A stretch of DNA of 44,464 bases from Octopus bimaculoides (taxonomy: Eukaryota), in assembly GCF_001194135.2 (NCBI RefSeq), contig NC_068990.1:86117121-86161584 (forward strand), written 5' to 3'. The position numbers and the translations under genes were made by a program. Below are positions 35,475-44,464 of this stretch, in pieces; the stretch's first letter is position 1; every line of letters begins with the position of its first letter. Under the pieces are notes generated by a model. It worked only from the letters and a program-made list of their open reading frames with translations, was not told the DNA's origin and did not search any database.

Positions 35475-37076
35475 CTCTTAACAATACACACACATATATA
35501 TACATACATATATATATATATACACAGAGACACAGACACACATACCATGGGCTGCTTTCAGTTTTTACCAATGAAATCCACTTACAAGGCTTGGGTCAGC
35601 CTGAGGCTAAAGTAAAGGACATTTGCCCATGGAACCCTATTGTTGGGAAGCAAACTTCTTACTGCATGGCCACACTTGCATATGTTGATAGTTTTATCCG
35701 GCTCCCTTAGACTTTGAGAAATAAAGAGACAAAATAGGTAAGGGGTTATGAACGGTGGTGAATGGGAAACCCCTAGCAGTGAATAGCAGTGGGGGAGGGA
35801 GGGCAGGGGGCAGCAACAGATCTTCATCGGCAGACATGACATTCTCTACCGTGTGCTATGGCGTAGGGTGATACGGTTTAATCTTCAAACTGAAATACGT
35901 GCAAGTCATACATGGGTTCCATACATATACGTATCCTTACAAAGCCCCTAACACATACACTCTGCTCTTTCACTACACACATGCTTCATGATAGTCAGAC
36001 ATGTACGAAAACCCTCTTTTTCCCAATGCACATGTAATCTCTCTTCCCTATATGCACATCCTGTCTCTCTTTTTCCATAAAACAAATGCACACACATATA
36101 TACACACATACATGCTTTTCTTTCTCAAGTTTCCAACACATGCACATATATACTTTATATAACAGACACACACATGTAGATACATTCTTTTCACAATACA
36201 CATACTTTCTCTTCTTTCATAAAACAATTGCACTCACACACACACACACACACACATGCAGTATCACTCATATTTTCTTTCCATGTACATGCAAAGATAC
36301 ATTTTTTCCCCAAAACACACATTGAAAATACTTGAATTCCACATAACAGCACATCATCATCATCACCACTACCAAACATATCAAACCTTCCAACATAGGT
36401 AAAGTCCATTGTTCAGAGGATATTCCGTTATAACAAAGGTAAATTCCACTGCTTTCCAGGTAAATCCAGTTTTTACACACGTGTCAAGTGCTTCATTATT
36501 ATCATTAACATAAGGGGTCACAAATCCTTGATTTTACGAAGAGTAGCGGTAGGAGTAGCTTTAGCAGAAGTGTATCCAGCATTAATAACAGACAAGTCCA
36601 TTCATTTTAGAGGGAGGAAATCCATGGTTTGTAAAAGTTCAAAACTATAACACTGCACAGCCGAGCAAGCCCATTATATAGGCAAGTCCATTGTAGTTAC
36701 GTAGGCAAATAAATCCATCATTGATGGAAGTCAGTCTGGACAGATCCATTTTCCTTTTTAAAGAAGTGAAAAAAAAAATCCATTTTGATTTCAAATTTTG
36801 ACACAAGGCCAGCAATAACAGTAAATCCATAATGCTTAAATCTTGCACCTGTGTGCTTATGCACACATTAGTATGCATTTACAAACTTTGATAAAGTGGT
36901 GTTATTTTCCAATGTATTTTTTTTTTGTTATGTTATTGCATGAATATATGGTATTTCTTTGTTTAATAAAGTTTCCATTTCATATCATGTTGTTTTTGTA
37001 TTTAGTTCATCAACACATGTGTTGAAACAGAATTTGTTGTATCTTGGGAGGGTCATTATGCCAATAAATACACACA

Positions 37077-37557
37077 CATTGGTTCTATTTCACTTCTTTT
37101 ATTGTTATTAGTCAACTTGTTAGCCATTTAATCAGTTAACCAATCGACTGTTAGATTAATTGTTCAGTCAATCAACCAATCAGCTAACACTCTCGAGGAT
37201 GTGATTGGCAATGAAAGGATTTTGAAAAAAAAACCTGATTGATTGACTAACTGAATGATTAATCAAAAAATCGATTAGTCAACCCTTTTGTTACTATACT
37301 TTTGTTGAGATGCTCTGTGTTTCTTTCAATTAATTTTAAATATAACAAATTTAGTAAAATAACTTCATTATCATTAAGCTAGTGATAAGAACATAAAATT
37401 GTGACTGAGGTTTGATGGAAGATTTTAATTCAGAACTTTTGAAAACAAAACATTTGTACTACAGAGCCACGGGCAGTTTCAGGCTGGTTGGCATCAAAAG
37501 GGTTAATTGGTTAGCCAAATGACTAATAATAAGAACAGAAGTGAAATACAACCAATG
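37077..37557. mobile_element. Long-TIR foldback MITE with a nested insertion
   Basis: Left end cattggttctatttcacttct...attagtc pairs with right end gactaataataagaacagaagtgaaatacaaccaatg. Inner arms are ttcagtcaatcaaccaatcag and ctgattgattgactaactgaa. Confidence 0.75.
37283..37502. mobile_element. piggyBac-type MITE (220 bp)
   Basis: Termini CCCTTTT and AAAAGGG, flanked by TCAA and TTAA (TTAA target duplication, one copy mutated). Confidence 0.8.
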
Positions 37558-37578
37558 CATGTGTATTTAATTACTTAC

Positions 37579-37590
37579 ATAGTGACCATC
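37579..37590 (-). other. Candidate 12-nt microexon (GATGGTCACTAT)
   Basis: Acceptor tgttttgttgtgtctcag and donor TAT|gtaagt are only 12 nt apart, so it would preserve frame. Confidence 0.45.
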
Positions 37591-38571
37591 CTGAGACACA
37601 ACAAAACATGTTGGTATTATTTCCAAAGAAAATATTCTCCAATATAATCTTCCATTGTGCACTTCTATCATTTTCCAACATGGTGTTGGAACAGTTTTGA
37701 TATTTTCCAAAGTTGGACAGTGGAAGGAGGGCAGGACAGACACAGAGAGAGACAAACAAAACATATCTTGCAATTTTTATTATATCATTTTAGTGTTTGA
37801 CTTCATCTTCCACCATTCTACCATTACATGAAATAATTACCAGCATATTCTTGGTAGGAATCACTCAATGATATCCTTTCTTTGAGCATTTATGACCTTG
37901 TTCTAAGGTAAGAAAACATTATATTGCCATCATAATCATACCATTAGCAGATATGGACCTTAGTAGAATACCAAACTTTATGTTTATTCTTCTATTTGTT
38001 TCAGTTATTTGACTGTGGCCATGCTGGAGCACTGCCTTAACTTGTAAACAAACAATCTACACCATGGTCAATTTTTAGTTTTGAAACTTACCTTTCATCA
38101 TGACACTTTATATATTTTACCCGTTGCTTTTTTTTTTTTTGCCATCACTATTTTCCTCCATCTCTGTTTCATTTTTGGTTCTTTTAGTTTAAGAGGAAAA
38201 TGGCACATTTTTAATCAACAATTTACCCTGACCCTTGATTAAAATAACTTGTATCTTCCCTACTTTTTGCGCTTTTTTCATTTCAATTTGATAATAAAAA
38301 CAGTTTAAAAATCAAAAAGACAAAAGAGAAAATAAACAGTTTTGTTAATAATCTGTAATATAGATTTGTATGTGTGGTATTGTAGTGAATATTATTATTA
38401 TTATTATTATTAATGGTGAGAGTGCCATTGGTGATTACAGTAATGATGGCGGCGTGAGGATATTAGTAATAGTATGATGTGATGTAAAGCAAAAAATTGA
38501 ATTCAAACCATTTGATTTGATTTTGCTAAAAAAAAGTTACCACTAACATCGTTGTTTTGACTATTAGTAAC

Positions 38572-38590
38572 AACAACAATAATAATAATG

Positions 38591-38653
<63 letters not shown>

Positions 38654-38655
38654 GT
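38572..38655. repeat. (AAT)n microsatellite
   Basis: Directly visible. Many (TA)n, (CA)n, (GA)n and (CAT)n tracts also occur across the window. Confidence 0.95.
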
Positions 38656-39828
38656 TCTGAAAGAAAAAGAGAGATGGAAAAGAAAAAAAAAAACAATGAT
38701 GAAAATATGAGGCTTGAAACTGAATCCTTCTCCTCCAAATGTGGAATGTACAATCATAGAGCAAAGCGTTACCAAATAGTTTCTACTATACAACCACCAA
38801 AGAATTCAATAACTATTTGAAGATGATACCATGCCTAAATAACAATTGAACAACCACAACAGAATTTGGAGTCCTGCTAGAAAGAAAATGATTACATCCT
38901 CAGAAAACACCTTTTAGTTTGACCACTGACCAATTAAAGCCTAGTTTAAACCAAAAATGTTTAAGACTTGCCATCCAGAAAACATGTAGAAATGAACTAC
39001 AAGAAAAACCCTGATTACAGCAAAACAAAACAAAAAAAAAAAGAAGCAGAACTGAATGTTTAAGATGTCTGAAATCAAGATACAAAGACGACCCAACAAC
39101 AATAGAAAAGTTAAAACAAGAGAAACAAGCTAAAGCACACACTAACAGGAGATGTGAAAAATAACTTGTTTTTTGAATGACTAAAACAAGTGAAACTGGG
39201 TGAAGTACTGTGGTGCCAACTCGGCCATACTAACAATAGTAAGGACTAGAAAGATGATGATGATGATGATGATGATAAAGACGATAACGTTGGTGATACT
39301 AAATAGTCAACAACGCACAATATAATTGCAATATGATCGCTGAAAGAAAACACCAAATCATTTTAGCTGGTTTATTATTACCATTATTATTATTATACAA
39401 CATATATCAACAATAAAAAAAAAAGTATTTGTATTTTGGAAATGATCAAAAAGATAAAGAAGAAAAGGGCAGGTCTAGGGAAATGTGGAAGGGAGATGGG
39501 GCTAGGTCTTGGGAAAGGGGGCAATCAATTAAAACAATTAAAAAAATACATAAATATATTAAAAAATACATAAATCTTGCTTCTGGTTTGATTTTTTTTT
39601 TGTTGTAAGCATGTACTTGCTTTAATATGATGATGATGGTGATGACAATCGCATAGTGATGGTGATTATGGTGATGATGGTGGCAGTGACAGTGGTGACA
39701 AATCAAAAAAAAAAAAAAGGTCTGTGTCTGGCAATGGTGGAATTGATGGTTCTGTTTATTGGAAACGTTTCAAATTTCAAATACACCAGAGTAAGGTGAT
39801 GATATATATACATACATGAGTATGCGTG

Positions 39829-39865
<37 letters not shown>

Positions 39866-40290
39866 CTAAGGGTGAGGAAAAAAAAAGAATTATCAATAGT
39901 ACATATGCATATTAACAACAATAACAATAAAACCTTCCCACAAAACAGATGCCCCCAACATTTTCTAAACTATTTTAAAAACAAACAACAAGTATAATAC
40001 ACACACACACACATATTTTTACAATATATATGAAATAAACTGTAGCAGTACTACAACTACACGGAACAAGAACACAAAGAAAAAAAACATCAACAACTAC
40101 AACACAATGATGATCATAAGGTCCAGATGGACTATATGTAATCTGAACCTTTCCCCCCTTGTTTTATTTATTTTTTTATGGAATCCCACGTTTTAGGCTA
40201 TGGAGATTCCGATTCTGAAAAAAGATTTTCAAAAATCTCAATTTCAAAATTTCGATTTCCCCCCCCCGGTTTTTATATAGATCCACAGGG

Positions 40291-40387
40291 TAAACCTAAC
40301 CCTAACTCAAACCCTAACCCTAACCGTAACCCTAACCGTAACCCTGACCCTAACCCTGACCCTAACCCTAACCCTAAACCTAACACT
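40291..40387. repeat. Interstitial telomere-like (CCCTAA)n array with variant units
   Basis: About 16 hexamers including CCCTAA, CCGTAA and CCCTGA. Confidence 0.85.
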
Positions 40388-40651
40388 AGTTTTGTGAGAT
40401 TTGGCTGTTATTTCTAGCATGTAAATAGCCTGCTTGGTGGGGTGGGGGTGGGGGGTTGAAATTTNNNNNNNNNNNNNNNNNNNNNNNNNNNNNNNNNNNN
40501 NNNNNNNNNNNNNNNNNNNNNNNNNNNNNNNNNNNNNNNNNNNNNNNNNNNNNNNNNNNNNNNNNNNNNNNNNNNNNNNNNNNNNNNNNNGGGGGGGGGG
40601 GAAGGTTCAGATTACATATAGTCCATCTCTACCGATAATAATAATAATAAC

Positions 40652-40684
<33 letters not shown>

Positions 40685-40897
40685 GATAGCAAGATATATA
40701 ACCCTGCAGAGTAAGTAATTTGTTTACTCTCCACAGTGAGGCTGAAATTGTACATGTATTAAAAAAGTATAGGTATATCTTACACTATGAAATGCATTAT
40801 GAATTTATACATACACACACGTGTGTATGTGTGTGTGTGTGTGTCTGTGTATATTGCATATGTATGTGGTGTGTGTGTATATATATTTTATATATGT

Positions 40898-40944
<47 letters not shown>

Positions 40945-42299
40945 AAACAAATAAACAGGATTATCAAATCAATTTAAAAAAAAAATATGTTCGAACATGT
41001 TACAGCAAAAAAAACACACAAAAAAACTATTATAACAATAATAAAAAACAAAAAAAAAAAACAAATAAAATGCCTGGCAAAAATATGGGCCAACAAGTAT
41101 TTTGGGTAAGAAACAGGAAACAGACCATCTTATAAACTAATGCATAAGCAAACATGCAGTGATAGCAGATTTAGTATAGTTACCATTGCAGCATCTGAAA
41201 TCTAGAAGCAGATAGTTTTGCATAAACACATTTTTGATTTTAAGATTGTTGTTGGTTTTCTTTAGTTCGGATGTTTGGTATTTGGTGGTGGTGGGACAGT
41301 GGTGTTGTTGTTGTTGGTGGTGGAGGTAGCAGTAATGATGTGTGTGCATGCGTAGACATGCACATGTTTTGATTTATGTGTGGGGTGCGTAAATGCTTCA
41401 CAGATATGCATGTCAATGCATGTGAATTTGACGGTCTATGTATTATTGAGTGTGTGTGTGTATTTCAGCAGATGTGGCCAAGTGGTTAAGAAATTCGCTT
41501 CATAACCAAGAGGTCCTGGATTCAATCCCACTTTGTGGCATCTTGGGCAAGTTCCTTTTCCTATAGCCTCAAGTCAACCCGTTCCTTGTGAAAGAAGCCA
41601 GGTAGACAGAAACTGCAAAGGACATAGGATGGATTTGATATACCAGCCATTCAAAGAGCCTAACTTATCAAACACTGCTGTCATGAGCTGGTTTTGTCTG
41701 ACAATTATGTTAAGGATATAAGTGACTGTGGTATACTCAGCCACCTACATACTCATTGTGGATGCCAGTGGAGATTCATTAAAATTAATTAAAGTGTTTT
41801 ACCATTGGGGTGCAAATCAGTGAAAATAAACAAACATATATAGATGTTTGCATTGGAATTTTTAACATGCATTCACACATAATTGTGTGTGTGTGTGTGT
41901 GTGTGAGCATATGTGTATGTGTGTGTATTACTGTGCATATGTGTTAATGATGTGTGTGTGTGTGTGTGTAAGATGTCAGTGAGAAATGTCAGGTAAGTGA
42001 TGAAGAGGATGTTCCAAACAACATTACATCATAATAAACTAGGATACCGTCTTATAAAAAATACATTTCATATTCAAATAACATCTCGAACGTATATAAA
42101 CAAGAACAAGGTGTACATGTTTGTATGTACATATACACATACACACAGTATACTGAAAACATGAAATAAATACACAAGGTAAAATATATTAGTAGTACAT
42201 CCTATATATATACATTCCAGACAGGTACATATGCATATAGACATAGATGTATATAAATATGCAGACATACACACATGTACTAAGGGGTATTGAAAACTA

Positions 42300-42426
42300 C
42301 AGGGTGTCCACAAAGTCTGGCTACATGGAGTAAATGAAATCATAACATAAACAATTAAATATAAGAAATAATAATTTCTTAAAGTATGTGTTAATCCCCA
42401 TGTACCCAGACTTCGTGGACACCCTG
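42300..42426. mobile_element. Tc1/mariner MITE (127 bp)
   Basis: TIRs cagggtgtccacaaagtctgg and ccagacttcgtggacaccctg, with TA on both sides. Confidence 0.9.
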
Positions 42427-43283
42427 TATATATACATATATATATAATGTATTTGAGAGTGAGAGAGAAAGTGTGTGTGTGTGTGTGTGCATATATATAT
42501 AAATGAGCATTCATATTAGAAGTTTGATATAATGGGTACAGAAACAGGCTATGTTAAATAATAATAACAATAATAATAATAGTAATAAGATAAACAAACA
42601 GTGAATAAATTGAATATTTACAATTGCAAAGAAACAGAGGGCTTTTGGATTAAAAACCAAAAATACAATTACTACTGTTGAGAAAAAAATGGCATCTTGA
42701 AATCCAATATGAATTAATTAATTAATATTTACTGATGAATTTCGTTAAGAAAATTTGATTATGAATGAACTTGTATAAATATAAATATGGATTGTGTTTG
42801 AAATAAAATATTTTAAGACAGTGTTTCTTCATGTAAGGGGCTTTGACAAAGATCTCTATGGATGTTATATAAATATCTATATCCACACACACACACACAC
42901 ACACAGAGTAGTATCTGGAATACTGATATATAAAATACTGCTCAGAGAAGTGCTGAATAACACTAAAAATTGGGACACTTTCCGGTTTGTGGTTTAAATA
43001 TGTGTTTCCAACCGTAGACAGAATCAATGCTGACTTATGTCCAAACCATCTTCAGTGGGGGACAAAAACGAATTGGAGTAAATGATGTAATGGGTTTTGC
43101 TTTTACTTATTGTATGAGATAAAAAAAATAAAGTAAAATAAAATAAAAAGCTATGACAGAAGCTGGAATACTGAGAACTTTGCAACAACTTCTCTTTTAG
43201 ATTACAAGAGCTTCACAGAAGAATTTGAATGATTAAAGCTGAAAGCAAAAAGTCAACAGACAAAATGTGAGTATTGAGATATT

Positions 43284-43659
43284 TGTTGTTTTGTTGGCAC
43301 TCCGTCGCTTACGACGTCGAGGGTTCCAGTTGATCCAATCAACGGAATAGCCTGCTCATGAAATTAACGTGCAAGTGGCTGAGAACTCCACAGACACGTG
43401 TACCCTTAACGTAGTTCTCGGGGAGATTCAGCGTGACACAGTGTGACAAGGCTGACCCTTTGAATTACAGGCACAACAGAAACAGGAAGAAAGAGAGAGA
43501 GAAAGTTGTGGTGAAAGAGTACAGCAGGGTTCGCCACCATCCCCTGCCGGAACCTCGTGGAGCTTTAGGTATTTTCGCTCAATAAACACTCACAACGCCC
43601 GGTCTGGGAATCGAAACCGCGAGTTGGCTGCCCTAACCACTGGGCCATTGCGCCTCCAC
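43284..43659 (-). mobile_element. tRNA-derived SINE, family E, with a target-site duplication
   Basis: 5' end ggaggcgcaatggcccagtggttaggg (A box) and ggtttcgattccc (B box), (aac)n tail, and TSD attgagatatt at 43273-43283 and 43660-43670. Confidence 0.9.
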
Positions 43660-43888
43660 ATTGAGATATTATTTAATGGTTAAATAAAAAAAAAAAAATT
43701 GAGATATTATCTAATGGTTAAATAAAAATCTCTAGGTCAGGGCCAAGTACTTCATTGTGTAAAGGGCATCATTAAAATAAAACTATGAATTTTATAAGTG
43801 TGTAAGTAATAAACAAAACTTAAAATATATATATTAGGTGACGAAGATGTTGATACATGTAAGAAGATCTCAATTTTTAGTGTTTTTT

Positions 43889-44041
43889 TTAGATTTCTGT
43901 TGGTGATATTTTATTAATCAATATTCCAGATAAATTCATATTTTTCACACTTGTGATGGGGGTCTTGTAGAAGAAGTACCAAATGGGAATAAGGACCGGG
44001 CTGAATAGGGCTGAAGGGAAACCAAAGACAACATCCGGCAA
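43889..44041 (-). CDS. Candidate exon encoding a transmembrane-like segment and a stop
   Basis: Acceptor gtttttcactggtttcag, then LPDVVFGFPSALFSPVLIPIWYFFYKTPITSVKNMNLSGILINKISPTEI* in unique sequence. The reading frame and gene identity are uncertain. Confidence 0.3.
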   Translation of the reverse strand: MPDVVFGFPSALFSPVLIPIWYFFYKTPITSVKNMNLSGILINKISPTEI

Positions 44042-44252
44042 CTGAAACCAGTGAAAAACTGGTATACAAATATACATACACACACACACTATACATGTAC
44101 ATATATACCTACATTTGCATACACACACACACACATATATACACATGCACTCACACACATATACACACGCACACAAACACACACACACATATATGTATAT
44201 ATGTACACACACACATACATATATATAGATACGTATATATATATATATATAT

Positions 44253-44464
44253 ATCATCATCATCATCATCGTTTAACGTCCGCTTTCCATGCTAGCATGG
44301 GTTGGATGATTTGACTGAGGACTGGTGAAACCGGATGGCAACACCAGGCTCCAATCTAATTTGGCAGAGTTTCTACAGCTGGATGCCCTTCCTAACGCCA
44401 ACCACTCAGAGAGTGTAGTGGGTGCTTTTACGTGTCACCCGCACGAAAACGACCACGCTCGAAA
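44253..44464 (-). mobile_element. Family B repeat running off the window end
   Basis: Near-identical to 1091-1240 and extends beyond gccaaccac. Confidence 0.85.

Noticed and set aside
36390-36850. Reflectin or polished-rice homology for the MD repeats
   Set aside because: There are no reflectin MD(X)5MD(X)5MD Tyr/Met-rich repeats in one ORF and no LDPTGXY motif. Only the architecture is analogous.
38660-39300. Decayed R4/Dong-type LINE next to the (AAT)n array
   Set aside because: The context is suggestive, but I could not recover a diagnostic protein motif.
43945-44040. Frame containing SLFPFGTSS as the NIDO N-terminus
   Set aside because: It lacks the following GD/DDG motifs and reaches a stop after 30 codons.
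1-44464. Most entries of the supplied ORF track, including the long X-containing ORFs
   Set aside because: They translate microsatellites (CVCV, YIYI, poly-N/I/L), SINE bodies or N gaps. They lack domain motifs and splice context.
1-44464. CRISPR array, rRNA or genuine tRNA genes
   Set aside because: No regularly spaced repeat-spacer array or rRNA-like sequence was seen. tRNA-like A/B boxes occur only as SINE heads without a full cloverleaf.

Overview
AT-rich, repeat-dense animal genomic DNA with six assembly gaps. The SINE, LINE and MITE families look like those of Octopus/coleoid cephalopods (recognised from memory, not searched). The only protein-coding signal I trust is two minus-strand exons of a Mesh/SUSD2-like extracellular protein. 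One encodes the C-terminal part of a NIDO domain (30841-30994). The other encodes a complete IPT/TIG domain (14521-14772). Their splice phases join in frame across a ~16 kb intron. Most of the rest is tRNA-derived SINEs (at least six families), decayed RTE and HERO non-LTR retrotransposon fragments, Tc1/mariner, Tigger and piggyBac-type MITEs, and microsatellites. Nearly all ORFs in the supplied track are microsatellite, gap or SINE artefacts. The most unusual unexplained signal is a ~450 bp unique segment (36390-36850, minus strand). It holds nine irregularly spaced ATG codons, almost all in strong Kozak context, and eight of them begin Met-Asp-Leu/Phe. Some sit at stop-start overlaps, and the segment follows a good splice acceptor and a 12-nt microexon. 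It may be a polycistronic smORF/uORF cassette or a homotypic binding-site cluster. Degenerate hammerhead-like motifs, a nested foldback element and several orphan exon candidates are also reported.
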